Under the pieces are notes generated by a model. That model made no database searches, had not been told where the DNA came from, and saw only the letters and a list, made by a program, of their open reading frames with translations. A DNA stretch of 64,000 nt from Nitrospirota bacterium (lineage in GTDB: Bacteria; Nitrospirota; Thermodesulfovibrionia; Thermodesulfovibrionales; UBA9159). Shown piece by piece: positions 19,800 to 29,937 of this stretch. Location of the stretch: the NCBI GenBank assembly GCA_963699545.1, contig CAVOUE010000004.1, positions 32,001-96,000 on the forward strand, given 5' to 3'. A program made the position numbers and the translations under genes. How positions within the stretch are numbered: the first letter of the stretch is position 1; every line of letters begins with the position of its first letter.

Positions 19800-19807
19800 G
19801 GCCTTGT

Positions 19808-20647
19808 ATGGACGTTCGGGAGTATTTTAAACCCCTCTCAGTCCTGACTGCCGAGGAGGTCCGCCGGTTCCTCAAAGAAAAACACCATGATGAATACTGT
19901 CTCCTTGACGTGCGCAGGCCGGCCGAGTATCAGGCCGCCCACCTGCCGGGAGCGCGCCTGATCCCCATTGATGAACTTCCCGACCGCCTGGGAGAACTCG
20001 ACCCCGCACAACCTGTTATAACCTACTGTGCCTCCGGTATGCGCAGCAGGGCTGCCGCGGCATTCCTTCTCAACGCGGATTTTAAAGTGGTCCATACTCT
20101 TGACGGCGGAATAGAGGCATGGCACGGTCTTGTGGCGCAGGGTGCCCCTGAGGCCGGCATGGCCTATTTTTCTCCAGCGAGCGGGACTGAGGAACTCATC
20201 GCCCTGGCATGGCTTCTGGAGGAAGGCTCCCGGAAGTTCTACAGCGCTCTCTCTGCCGCGATGAGGGATGAAGAGGCAGCCTCCATGTTCAGCGCATTGG
20301 CCGTCGCAGAGGAACACCACAAGTCCCCGCTGTTTCAGCTGTACAGGAAGTATTCGGGGAAAGAATCGGATCCCGGATTCCCTGATGCGGTCCTCCGGCG
20401 CCGGCCCGCCGGAGATGTCATGGAGGGCGGGATTCTCGTGAGTGAGGCGTTGCAGTGGGCAGGAGGCAGGGATGTCAGGGATGTACTGGAGCTCTCCATC
20501 TCTCTGGAGACGAATTCTTTTGACCTCTATCTGAAGATGGAGCGGGCCATGAAAGACGCTCGCTCGGCAGAGGTTTTCAGGACCCTCGCGGACGAAGAAA
20601 AGGTCCATCTCGACCGTCTCACCGGGCTCTTTGAAAGAAGACTGTAA
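19808..20647 (+). CDS. Rhodanese + rubrerythrin/ferritin-like fusion protein
   Basis: LDVR..EY, YCASGMRS active loop; C-terminal E..ExxH diiron motifs. Confidence 0.85.
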   Translation: MDVREYFKPLSVLTAEEVRRFLKEKHHDEYCLLDVRRPAEYQAAHLPGARLIPIDELPDRLGELDPAQPVITYCASGMRSRAAAAFLLNADFKVVHTLDGGIEAWHGLVAQGAPEAGMAYFSPASGTEELIALAWLLEEGSRKFYSALSAAMRDEEAASMFSALAVAEEHHKSPLFQLYRKYSGKESDPGFPDAVLRRRPAGDVMEGGILVSEALQWAGGRDVRDVLELSISLETNSFDLYLKMERAMKDARSAEVFRTLADEEKVHLDRLTGLFERRL

Positions 20648-20650
20648 GGG

Positions 20651-21001
20651 TCAAATCTTGAACCTGAGGCTACCGAAGCCGTTCAGGATCAGAAGAGCGA
20701 TAACGACCTGCAGGAGAAGTCCGACGATCAGTGAGAAAATAAAGTGCGTTTTTGGAGCGAGGAAGATCACGGAGAGGATAAAGACCATCCAGGGGACGAT
20801 CATGATGATCAGGCCCTTTGCATAGGCCAGCACCGCAGCCTGGCCCGCATTAAAATATATCAGGAGAAAGGTACTGATGGTAATGACCGGCAGCGTCCCG
20901 ATAAAGGCTGCAAATAGCCCCCGGGAAGTGTTCGCAAAATACGTCACCGCGCTGGTAATGACCCCGCCGAAGAGAAAATACAGAAAGTATTTAAATCCCA
21001 T
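20651..21001 (-). CDS. Small 4-TM membrane protein (DUF3147/GlpM-like)
   Basis: F.FGG, AAFIGTLP, hydrophobic pattern. Confidence 0.65.
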   Translation of the reverse strand: MGFKYFLYFLFGGVITSAVTYFANTSRGLFAAFIGTLPVITISTFLLIYFNAGQAAVLAYAKGLIIMIVPWMVFILSVIFLAPKTHFIFSLIVGLLLQVVIALLILNGFGSLRFKI

Positions 21002-21084
21002 GACATGCTCCTCATTTTTTATTATAGCGCATCTGGCGAAAACTCGTCCTTATTCGTTTACTATTTGTCCCTGCTGGTTTTATA

Positions 21085-21883
21085 ATGCAGGGGGCAATCA
21101 TGGATTCTGAGACGATCAAGGCGATGGTCCTGGGTGTCGTGCAGGGGATCACCGAGTTCTTCCCTGTGAGCAGCACGGCGCACCTTATTCTCTTCCCGTG
21201 GTTCTTTCACTGGGGCGGGGAACTCAATACCCTTGTGTTTGATGTTGCCCTCCACGCGGGAACCCTCGCTGCCCTGATGCTCTGCTTTTACCGTGACTGG
21301 CTCGATATGCTCGCCAGGGACAGGAAGACGCTCTTCTTCATCATCGCTGCGACAATTCCCGCAGGCGCTGCAGGTGTGCTGTTCCATCACGCTGTCGAGA
21401 ATGCATTAAGGAGCCCGCTGCTCATCGCTCTTTTCGACGGTGCTCTTCGGCATCCTTATGCTTGTCGCAGAACGCTACGGCAGGAAGAGCGGCGAGAGGG
21501 CATCTCTGCGGGACGCACTTATCATCGGAGCCGCCCAGGCCGTTGCCCTGATACCCGGAGTCTCGCGGTCGGGGGTGACGATGACCGCGGGCCTGTTCCG
21601 GAACCTGACAAGGGAATCAGCCGCAAGGTTCTCTTTTCTTCTTTCGACGCCGGTGATCGGCGGCGCAACCCTCCTTGAGGGGAGAAAGCTCCTGAAGAGC
21701 CCCGAGCGCTATCATCTTGATATCTTTGCCGTTGGTTTCTTTGCCGCCTTCATTTCCGGGTTCTTCGCGATACAGTTCCTCCTCCGGTTTCTCAGGAAGT
21801 ATCCCCTGGATGTCTTTGCCTACTACCGCTTCCTCCTGGCTGCAGTGATTCTCTTCACGTGGGCAAGGGCGGGTGGTGTGTGA
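21085..21883 (+). CDS. uppP: Undecaprenyl-diphosphatase, frameshifted near 21435
   Basis: QGITEFFPVSSTAH, ALIPGVSRSG, AARFSFLLS. Confidence 0.93.
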
Positions 21884-21887
21884 GAGT

Positions 21888-23354
21888 CTAATCCCAGTCA
21901 AGGAGCCTCTGTTCGCCTTCAAGCTTTCTGATATCGGTGACGTCCTGGGTCATTTCAAGGGTTCCCCTGTATTTCCCTTGCAGATCCCTTACCGCAAAAT
22001 ACCTGATATGAATGAACCTGCCCTTCATCTGTATCCAGAAATCGGCCACATCCCTCTTGCCGGCCCTGAACTCATCAAGGATCTTCTGGACCATATAGAA
22101 GCTCTTGGGCGGGTGGCATTTCTGTACCTTCCTGCCGATGACGCCGGGACTTCTCGGGAAGAGCCTTTCCTTTGTTGCAGAATAGTAGGCCACCTCGTCA
22201 TTTTCATCCACAAAGGAGATGTCCACCGGCAGATGCGTGAGGAGCAGGTTTATCTGTTCAAGGTTCAAACGGCCCGTTTTCATGCTCAGGGCCCCGGCTT
22301 CTGCGGGTATTGCCTCGGCGGGAAGGGCCTTCGCTCCCGGCACCCATCCCTCTTCCGGCTCGACCCATGCGTACCCTATCTCTTCTTCCCCCCTCTTCAC
22401 CTTTCCCCAGTCGGCATCGGTGAGCATCTCCAAAGACATGGGGAAGAGTATATGCTCTTCCTTGTAGATCATATCGAGGACGCTCTGGAGGAGGTACTTG
22501 AGTGTGCCGTACACAAGGGGGACCTGTAATTCCGAGACTTGGGACCGGGCATACTTGAGCGTCTGTCGTATATCGTCATGAATGGCCCACATCACTTCGG
22601 AGGGACCGGAAATCCCGTGGAGTTCAAGGACGGGGAAGAGCTGGTTCTCTTTCCTGAGATAGTGCAGGTTGACCGCGGATAACCGCTCGATGAGCGCCAG
22701 GAGGTCCCTTTTGTGCTGTCTGAAAAGTTCCTTGTCAGGAGTATCGCAGAGCGTCTCGAGGATGCCCTTGATCTCCCCGACGATCTCTTCCGCAGCCCTG
22801 TTCTCCTTCATGAAGGTGTGGAGGGGATGTCCCGGAGGGGCCGTCGGCGTCTCCTGTTCGCCCAGCGCTTCCTTAAATACCTCAACATGCACATCGCAGA
22901 GGCGCTTTATCTCGCTCTCGGGCATCCCTTCTTCCATGAGCTTCTGCTCCATCTTGGCTATCTCTGTGGCGTCGATGTCCTTAATTAGGTCGTAGAACCG
23001 CTGCTTCAGGATTGCCATGTCCACTCCCTTGTGGAGGTCTCTGATGATATCCTTCAGGATCTCCTGACGTGCTTCGGAGTCCTCCACGGGTCCGGACGGT
23101 CCTGTCTCCTTTGATATGTCCACTTCCTCTCCCGTTTTTACCTTTATTTCCACTGCGATTTCGAAAAGGAGCAGATCAAGGTCGATGCCTCCGATGTGGG
23201 CCACGTGCGACAAAGGCGCCACCTTTCCGACAGTTTTTCTCATAACAGTGCTCTGGAGCATTTTGAACTTGGGAGAGCGGTTCACAAAAAAGTCCATCAG
23301 AAAAGGATATGTCTTCAGCAGCTCATCAATCTTTGTCTTCCCACTCAGATCCAT
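21888..23354 (-). CDS. DUF1858/DUF438/hemerythrin/PAS domain protein
   Basis: LCDVH, GHPLHTF..EN, HYLRKENQLFP, KEEHILFP, CHPPKS PAS_10. Confidence 0.88.
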   Translation of the reverse strand: MDLSGKTKIDELLKTYPFLMDFFVNRSPKFKMLQSTVMRKTVGKVAPLSHVAHIGGIDLDLLLFEIAVEIKVKTGEEVDISKETGPSGPVEDSEARQEILKDIIRDLHKGVDMAILKQRFYDLIKDIDATEIAKMEQKLMEEGMPESEIKRLCDVHVEVFKEALGEQETPTAPPGHPLHTFMKENRAAEEIVGEIKGILETLCDTPDKELFRQHKRDLLALIERLSAVNLHYLRKENQLFPVLELHGISGPSEVMWAIHDDIRQTLKYARSQVSELQVPLVYGTLKYLLQSVLDMIYKEEHILFPMSLEMLTDADWGKVKRGEEEIGYAWVEPEEGWVPGAKALPAEAIPAEAGALSMKTGRLNLEQINLLLTHLPVDISFVDENDEVAYYSATKERLFPRSPGVIGRKVQKCHPPKSFYMVQKILDEFRAGKRDVADFWIQMKGRFIHIRYFAVRDLQGKYRGTLEMTQDVTDIRKLEGEQRLLDWD

Positions 23355-23423
23355 TGTGTTCCTCCTGAAAATAATTATGAAAAAGTCCTTAGTCTCATTG
23401 TATCAGGAAAGCCGTGCCGCTGC

Positions 23424-23439
23424 ATTGACATATATCATA
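23424..23439. promoter_or_regulatory. Crp/Fnr-type box upstream of the DUF438 hemerythrin gene
   Basis: ATTGA-CATATA-TCATA. Confidence 0.55.
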
Positions 23440-23472
23440 GAGGAGGAGTCCGGGGAATGGACGCAGGGAGCG

Positions 23473-24144
23473 TCAGGGGGAGAGAGGAGAGCTGTCTGCG
23501 AAGATATTCCCCTCTTTCATCACCAGCAGGAAATCGGCAAGTCGTTCAGCCTGTGCACGGTCGTGGGTGGTAATGACCACAATCGCTTTAGCATTCTGTT
23601 TCATTTCCGAAATGATGTGTTCAATAATCCCGGTATTCCTCAGGTCGACAGATGCCGTGGGTTCGTCCAGGAAAATGATCTCGGGCTCAATGACCAGAGC
23701 CCGGGCAATACCGAGCCTCTGGGTCTCCCCGCTCGAAAGGGTAAGCGCATTCTGCCCCTTCTTGTGGCTTAGCCCGACAAACTCAAGCGCCCCGTTCACT
23801 TTCTTTTCCGACTCGTCACGATTCATCCCTCTTATGCTCAACCCGTACGCGACATTCTTAAAGACCGTGGTGTTAAAGACTCCGACCCTGGGGAGCACCA
23901 AGGTTATCCTGCGTTTCAGCTCAAGGTCTTTCTCCAGACCGTGCCCATCAGAGAAATAAGCGATTTCACCGCTGTCAGGGGGTTCGATGAGGGCACAGAT
24001 CCTGAGGAACGTGGATTTACCGCAGCCGTTCGGTCCTGTCAAAACATATACGCCGGGCTCATTGAATGCGAAGGAGCAGTCTCGTAGCACCTGATCGCCG
24101 TTATATACCTTCTCTATATTTGAGGCTATAAGTCTCAGGGTCAT
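23473..24144 (-). CDS. tupC: Tungstate ABC transporter ATPase
   Basis: GPNGCGKST, LSSGE, LDEPT; follows tupB. Confidence 0.8.
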   Translation of the reverse strand: MTLRLIASNIEKVYNGDQVLRDCSFAFNEPGVYVLTGPNGCGKSTFLRICALIEPPDSGEIAYFSDGHGLEKDLELKRRITLVLPRVGVFNTTVFKNVAYGLSIRGMNRDESEKKVNGALEFVGLSHKKGQNALTLSSGETQRLGIARALVIEPEIIFLDEPTASVDLRNTGIIEHIISEMKQNAKAIVVITTHDRAQAERLADFLLVMKEGNIFADSSPLSP

Positions 24145-24848
24145 TTCTTTGCTCCAATCACACCTTTTTTCTGAATAATATGGAGGGCTGAATTTATCAC
24201 TAGTGAAATGGTTAAAAGGATAATCCCAAGCGCAAGAGCAAGTTCGAAGTTCCCCTTATCCGTTTCCAAGGCTATAGTAGTTGTCATCACTCTTGTAAAC
24301 CCGGCGATATTCCCCCCAACAATGAGTATTGCACCCACTTCCGCCATCACCCTGCCAAAGGCTGCGATGATCCCTGCCATTATTCCATAACGGGCTTCTC
24401 TTATTATTGTCAGTGAGCTCTGGAAAGGTGTCGCCCCAAGCGTCATGGAAGCCTGTTTTATGATGGGGTCTACGCTCACGATTGCTGAATGGCAGAGAGA
24501 CGACACTATCGGAAATGCAAGGATGCTTTGGGCGATGATCATCGCTATGGGTGTGTAGAGTAATGCTATGAAGCCGAGGGGACCGCTTCTTGACAGCAGA
24601 AGATACACAAAGAGCCCGACGACTACCGGCGGAAGACCCATGAAGGTATTGAGGATGCTGATGATGAGCCCTTTCAGGGGAAACTTTCTGAATCCAAGAA
24701 ACGCACTGAAGGGAAGACCGATAAGGGTGGCAACAAGAAGTGCAGTTCCTGAGACCCTGAGGGAGAGGATGATGATCCCCAGCAACTCTGCATTGAGGTG
24801 CAGAATGAGAGAAAAGGCCTTACCGAACCCTTCCAGTATTGAATTCAT
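24141..24848 (-). CDS. tupB: Tungstate ABC transporter permease
   Basis: MGLPPVVVGL, SRSGPLG, EVGA...VGGNI.G.TR. Confidence 0.9.
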   Translation of the reverse strand: MNSILEGFGKAFSLILHLNAELLGIIILSLRVSGTALLVATLIGLPFSAFLGFRKFPLKGLIISILNTFMGLPPVVVGLFVYLLLSRSGPLGFIALLYTPIAMIIAQSILAFPIVSSLCHSAIVSVDPIIKQASMTLGATPFQSSLTIIREARYGIMAGIIAAFGRVMAEVGAILIVGGNIAGFTRVMTTTIALETDKGNFELALALGIILLTISLVINSALHIIQKKGVIGAKK

Positions 24849-25567
24849 AAGGGTAAGGCCTCTCTACTGACGAGAAGCTCCACATCGGGACTTGAAGGAT
24901 TATTAAATACTTCCTTCGGTGAGCCTCTTTGTGCCACTCTCCCTTTGGAATATACAATCAATGTATCAGCCATTGTGAACGCTTCAGTGACATCATGCGT
25001 AACAAGAACGATCGGGATGTTGAACTTATTCCTTATGTCTTTCAAAAATTGCCTCATCTCAAGACGAAGGGGATTATCCAGCGCCGAGAACGGTTCATCC
25101 AGCAAAAGCACCTGTGGCTGTCGGATCAGTGCCCTGGCAAGTGCCACCCTCTGTTTCTGACCACCTGATATCTCATGGGGGTATCTGCCCTCAAGCCCCG
25201 GGAGTTTGAATTCACGGATCATCTCCCGCGCACGGTCCATTTTCTCAGGCTTCGGCACTGCCGGTGCGCCATAAAAAATATTGCCGGTGACGGTCATATG
25301 TGGAAAGAGTGCCAGGTCCTGAAAGACATAGCCGAAGGGTCGGTCCTGCGGCGGGATGTCAGTCCTCGTCGAACTGTCATAGTATACCGCGTCATCGAGA
25401 CTCACCCGTCCTTTGTCGGGCTTCATGAGGCCGGCGATCAACTGGAGGGTCATGGACTTGCCCGCGCCAGAGAAGCCAAAGAGAACAGTCAGCTCATTGC
25501 CGATCTCCCATCCGATATCAAGCCCGAAGCCGTTGAGCGTTTTCTTAAGGCTCACCTGTAGTCCCAT
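24845..25567 (-). CDS. modC: Molybdate ABC transporter ATPase (no TOBE domain)
   Basis: GFSGAGKS, ISGGQKQR, LDEPFSALD. Confidence 0.88.
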   Translation of the reverse strand: MGLQVSLKKTLNGFGLDIGWEIGNELTVLFGFSGAGKSMTLQLIAGLMKPDKGRVSLDDAVYYDSSTRTDIPPQDRPFGYVFQDLALFPHMTVTGNIFYGAPAVPKPEKMDRAREMIREFKLPGLEGRYPHEISGGQKQRVALARALIRQPQVLLLDEPFSALDNPLRLEMRQFLKDIRNKFNIPIVLVTHDVTEAFTMADTLIVYSKGRVAQRGSPKEVFNNPSSPDVELLVSREALPL

Positions 25568-26232
25568 CAGATGATCCTTTTCGAGTACCTGTTTGCGATA
25601 TACAGTAAGATGCCTGACAGCATGGTCAAAAGGAGAACCATGACATGGGCCTGCGACCATTCGCCACTCCCCGCATGGCTGTAAATTGCTAGGGGCATTG
25701 TGTTTGTTTTCCCCGGAAGATTTCCCGCGAGCATGAGCGTTGCCCCAAATTCTCCCATAGCACGGGCAAAGGACAACACCGTTCCGGCGACAATACCCCT
25801 TTTGGCGAGTGGCAGGATGACTTTCAGCGCCGTGTCGAGTTCAGAATGGCCAAGCGTGTATGAGGCATTGATGAGACTCTTGTTCACAGATTCTATGGCT
25901 GCACGCGCGATCTTTATCAAGAGGGGCAGGGCCACTACATAAGAAGCAAGGACAGCCGCATACCATGTAAACATAATGCTCCATCCGGTCAATACATAGA
26001 CGTATTTTCCGATGAAGCCATTTCTTCCAAAGAGGATAATCAGATAATACCCAGTGACTGTTGGAGGAAGCACCAGCGGGATTGTGCAGATCACATCCAG
26101 CAGTTCCCTGCCCCTGAAGTCCTTTCGCGCAAGAAAATACGCGACGGGTAGTCCGGTCAGGACAATAAGCGCCGTCGACACAGCGGCCACCTGCAGAGAG
26201 AGGCGTATTGAAAAAAGAACTGCTTCGTCCAT
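25567..26232 (-). CDS. modB: Molybdate ABC transporter permease
   Basis: PLVLPPTVTGY, FARAMGEFGAT. Confidence 0.93.
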   Translation of the reverse strand: MDEAVLFSIRLSLQVAAVSTALIVLTGLPVAYFLARKDFRGRELLDVICTIPLVLPPTVTGYYLIILFGRNGFIGKYVYVLTGWSIMFTWYAAVLASYVVALPLLIKIARAAIESVNKSLINASYTLGHSELDTALKVILPLAKRGIVAGTVLSFARAMGEFGATLMLAGNLPGKTNTMPLAIYSHAGSGEWSQAHVMVLLLTMLSGILLYIANRYSKRII

Positions 26233-26239
26233 TTACGGC

Positions 26240-27010
26240 CTATTTTACCGTATTAAAGCCGTATTTCTGAAGTATCTTCCGGCCTTCGGGAGACAGAACC
26301 AGTGAGATGAAGGCTTTGGCCAAAGTCTCGCTCGTCGCCCCCTTGACCACAGCAATAGGATAAATTGCCGGTTTATGGCTTGTCTCAGGTGCGACCGCAA
26401 CTATTTTCGTTTCCTTTGTCCTTGCAGCGGCATCGGTTGCATATACGACGCCGGCATCAACTTCGCCGCGCGCAACGTAATCGAGCACCTGCCTCACGTT
26501 TTCAGTGAAAACGCATCTGTCCTTAATTGCGGGCAGAAGTTTGTAGTAATTGAAGACCTCTTCAGCATACCGGCCAGCAGGAACGGTCTTCGGATTGCCG
26601 ATCGCTATTTTCTTCATATCCGCTGCGACCAGCCCTTCAAAGGATTTAGGCGATGTCTTTGCCCCCGCAGGAACGATCAGTACGATACTGTTTGCGGCAA
26701 TATCGGCGCGCGTAGCAGAAACAAGAAGACCCTGCTTGTCCGCATCATCCATATCCTTTTGTGCTGCCGATGCAAAGACATCCACGGGCGCTCCACCAGC
26801 GATCTGCTTCATAAGGTCACCCGATGCGCCGAAATTGAAGGTCACTTTCGCGCCTTGCTTTGCCTCGAACAGCCTGCCTATTTCCTCAAATGCGTTCTTG
26901 AGACTTATGGCAGCTGATACAGTGATAGCCGACGTTTCAGCGTGAGAAAGACCTGTTGAGATCCAGAGACATACCGCTGTAACTACCGTAATAATAAATT
27001 TTCTTAACAT
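26240..27010 (-). CDS. modA: Molybdate-binding periplasmic protein
   Basis: Signal peptide, AAISL, FGASG, VPAGRYA, NVRQ, VYATDA. Confidence 0.93.
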   Translation of the reverse strand: MLRKFIITVVTAVCLWISTGLSHAETSAITVSAAISLKNAFEEIGRLFEAKQGAKVTFNFGASGDLMKQIAGGAPVDVFASAAQKDMDDADKQGLLVSATRADIAANSIVLIVPAGAKTSPKSFEGLVAADMKKIAIGNPKTVPAGRYAEEVFNYYKLLPAIKDRCVFTENVRQVLDYVARGEVDAGVVYATDAAARTKETKIVAVAPETSHKPAIYPIAVVKGATSETLAKAFISLVLSPEGRKILQKYGFNTVK

Positions 27011-27065
27011 TGTTTCATCCCTTGGTTTTATGCCCCCAAATCTTCGCCAACTGATTTCATCCCTA

Positions 27066-27350
27066 TCAATTCACCATGCCCATTATTCTGAAATGTGCAA
27101 GAATTTCATCGATCTCGGTCTGTCCATACCATTGAAGCAATGATTGGAGGCTCCTCATCAGTCTGCGGGCCCTCGTGTCGTCAGCGAGGAGGAAATCGAC
27201 CATTTCCCAATCCTTTACCAGTTCAAACCACTGGAGCGCGTCCCATGAAGTCAGGCAGGGGGCGCGGTACGAGTCCGTCGGATCCTCTTCGTAATATGCC
27301 TGGGCACTCTTCACCGCGTAATCCCTGATGGCATCGATCAGTTTGCTCAT
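27066..27350 (-). CDS. Hypothetical protein inside the mod/tup operon
   Basis: MSKLIDAIRD... co-oriented ORF with GGGG RBS-like sequence. Confidence 0.5.
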   Translation of the reverse strand: MSKLIDAIRDYAVKSAQAYYEEDPTDSYRAPCLTSWDALQWFELVKDWEMVDFLLADDTRARRLMRSLQSLLQWYGQTEIDEILAHFRIMGMVN

Positions 27351-27378
27351 ATTCCCTACCCCTGGCAATGGTATATGG

Positions 27379-28191
27379 CTATTTTGCATTGGGAATGAAA
27401 AGGGCATTACCGAGACTGTCCTTGAAAGAGGCGATCGCCTGCTGGCCTTCCTTTGAAATCACCCAGTTCACAAACTCCATCGCTTCCTTGTATTTCACAT
27501 GCTTGTGTTTTTCAGGGTTCACCGCCATGACACCGTACTGGTTGAATAGTATGGGATCACCCTCAAGCACGATCACCATTTCAAGTTTGTCCTTATCCTT
27601 CGTTGCCAGCCACGTTCCCCTGTCAGTCAGGGTGTACGCCCGCTTTTCATTGGCGATCCTCTGGGTCTTTTCCATGCCCTGGCCTACCTCGAGATACCAC
27701 TTCTGGCCCCTCGGTTCTATCCCTGTTTTTTTCCAGATGGAGAGTTCCTTGGTATTGGTGCCCGAATTGTCGCCGCGCGATACAAAGGTGGCAGAGCCCG
27801 ATATCTTCTTGAGCGCGTCCGCAGCCGATTTCATCCCCATTATCTTCGATGGATCATCGGGGGGGCCTATGATCACAAAATCGTTGTACATGACATCATG
27901 CCGGTTCACAAAGAAACCTTCTTCGACAGCCTTCATTTCCTGCTCTTTCGCATGGACAAAGGCCACATCGGCATCCCCTCGCTTGCCCATTTCAATTGCA
28001 GCGCCCGTGCCACGCGCGACAACCTTTACTTTTATTCCCGTCTTCTTCTCGAACATGGGCAGGATATACGCAAACAATCCCGAGTTCTCTGTGCTTGTGG
28101 TGGATGAGCAGATGATCTCACTCTGTGCGAACGCACCGCCTGCAACAGACACAATCAAAAGGGAAGTCAGCAGCAATACAATCTTTTTCAT
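27379..28191 (-). CDS. tupA: Tungstate-binding protein, copy 1
   Basis: Signal peptide, STTSTENSGL, GTG.A, VHA, MYNDF, SRGDNSGT. Confidence 0.92.
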   Translation of the reverse strand: MKKIVLLLTSLLIVSVAGGAFAQSEIICSSTTSTENSGLFAYILPMFEKKTGIKVKVVARGTGAAIEMGKRGDADVAFVHAKEQEMKAVEEGFFVNRHDVMYNDFVIIGPPDDPSKIMGMKSAADALKKISGSATFVSRGDNSGTNTKELSIWKKTGIEPRGQKWYLEVGQGMEKTQRIANEKRAYTLTDRGTWLATKDKDKLEMVIVLEGDPILFNQYGVMAVNPEKHKHVKYKEAMEFVNWVISKEGQQAIASFKDSLGNALFIPNAK

Positions 28192-28216
28192 TTTGCAACC
28201 TCCGATCTCATGATGT

Positions 28217-29086
28217 TTATAGTTTCTTTCCTTCCGGTGAGTTAGCGAAAAAAAGCGGCTCACCGTATTTATCCTTGCCGAAATCCCTGATAATGATCTG
28301 GGCCTCTTTCCCCTGCAGCCATTCAATGAACTGAAGAGCACCTTCATGGTTCACCTGAGGGAACTTTGCAGGATTGACCGGTATCAGCGTCATATGGTTC
28401 AGAAGCACTTCATCCCGTTCAACAAGGATCTGAAGCGTTATCTTCGGCTTCATGGTGATATAGGTCGCCCTGTCCATAATGGTATAGGCCTGCTTCTCAT
28501 TCGCATGAGCCAGGGTGGGAGCATTCCCTTTCGCGCCTCCTTCAAAAACGCTGTACCATGCCCCCCGAGGCTCTATCCCCGCTTTCTTCCAGACTTCCAG
28601 TTCCTTGACATGTGTGCCTGACTTGTCCCCTCTCGTCACGAAAGCGGACTGGGCTTGAGCGATCTTACGGAGCGCACTCGCCGCATTGCTTTCGCCCCGA
28701 ATGCCCGCCGGATCATTTGCTGGCCCTAAAATCACAAAATCGTTGTACATAAGGTCGTAGCGTTCCGTTCCATAACCGTCGGCCACAAATTTCTCTTCCA
28801 GTGCTCGTGCGTGAACCAGCACGAGGTCGTACTTCCCTGTTTCTGCCATTTTCAAAGCCTGGCCGGTCCCTGCCCCCGTATGTTCCACTGTGATCCCGGT
28901 CCTTTTCTTGAACGCATCCTCCAAGGCCCCGACAATACCGGCATCAATGGGACCGATCGTGCTGGCGAGCATGATCTTCCGCGGTTGTTCTGCAGGGTCG
29001 GCGCCGAAGGCCGGCATGCTGCAGATACACATTGCTGTAAAGAGAGAGGACAGGAGAAGCGTGGTGGCGGTTTTTGTTATGAGCAT
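28217..29086 (-). CDS. TupA-like binding protein, copy 2 (divergent N-terminal motif STIGPIDAG)
   Basis: GTGQAL, VHA, MYNDF, TRGDKSGTH; signal peptide. Confidence 0.85.
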   Translation of the reverse strand: MLITKTATTLLLSSLFTAMCICSMPAFGADPAEQPRKIMLASTIGPIDAGIVGALEDAFKKRTGITVEHTGAGTGQALKMAETGKYDLVLVHARALEEKFVADGYGTERYDLMYNDFVILGPANDPAGIRGESNAASALRKIAQAQSAFVTRGDKSGTHVKELEVWKKAGIEPRGAWYSVFEGGAKGNAPTLAHANEKQAYTIMDRATYITMKPKITLQILVERDEVLLNHMTLIPVNPAKFPQVNHEGALQFIEWLQGKEAQIIIRDFGKDKYGEPLFFANSPEGKKL

Positions 29087-29087
29087 A

Positions 29088-29878
29088 CTATCTTCCTTTC
29101 TTTTTTCCCTCCGACACTGGAATTGCATCCGGATAAAAGAGATTAGCGCCATGCTTGACGTATGATGCAATAATTTTCTGCCCCTCATGCGACGTAACGA
29201 AGGCGATGAAATCCATTGCTTCGCGATAGCTGACAGAGGGGAATTTTGCCGGACTCACCGCCATGACACTATACTGGTTCTTCAGGAGGGGATCGCTCTC
29301 AACCATAATTTTCAGTCGAATCCTTGACTCATAATTCAGGAATGTGCCTCGGTCCGAGAGCACATAGGCCTTTTTCCGGTCTGCGAGGAGGATAGTGTCT
29401 CCCATCTTGGCGCCGGCCTCAATGTACCACTTCTGGCCTTTCGGTAGTACACCGGCGTCGTCCCAGATATCCAGTTCTTTCACATTCGTGCCGGAATCAT
29501 CGCCCCGCGAAACAAAGGCTGCCTCTTTTTCCGCAATCAACTCAAAAGCGTCAATTGCACTCTTCAATCCCCTTGATGTGCGCCGGATCGCTTTTTGGCC
29601 CCAGAATCACGAAATCGTTATGCATCACCAATCTTCGGTTCACTCCGTATCCCTCGGCCAGGAACTTCTCTTCCCTGAAGGGATCATGGACAAAAAGCAC
29701 ATCTGCCTCCCCCTTCTTTGCAATTCGCAATGCCTTGCCGGTTCCCACCGCAATGACTTCGACCGACAACGTTATACCGTGTGGATTTCTCATAGGCCGG
29801 GATCAAAATGTCAAAGAGTCCGGAATTCTGCGTACTCGTTGTTGACGCAATAATCAGCTTTGATTTCTCTTGTTTCAT
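29088..29878 (-). CDS. TupA-like protein, copy 3, no signal peptide, two frameshifts
   Basis: Fragments 29684..29878, 29551..29793 and 29088..29567 join into STTSTQNSGL..GTGKAL..MHNDF..SRGDDSGT. Confidence 0.8.
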
Positions 29879-29937
29879 GTTAAGCCTCCTTTCTCATTGC
29901 CGAAGTGTTATTTTTCATTCGATGACGGCCAACTGGC

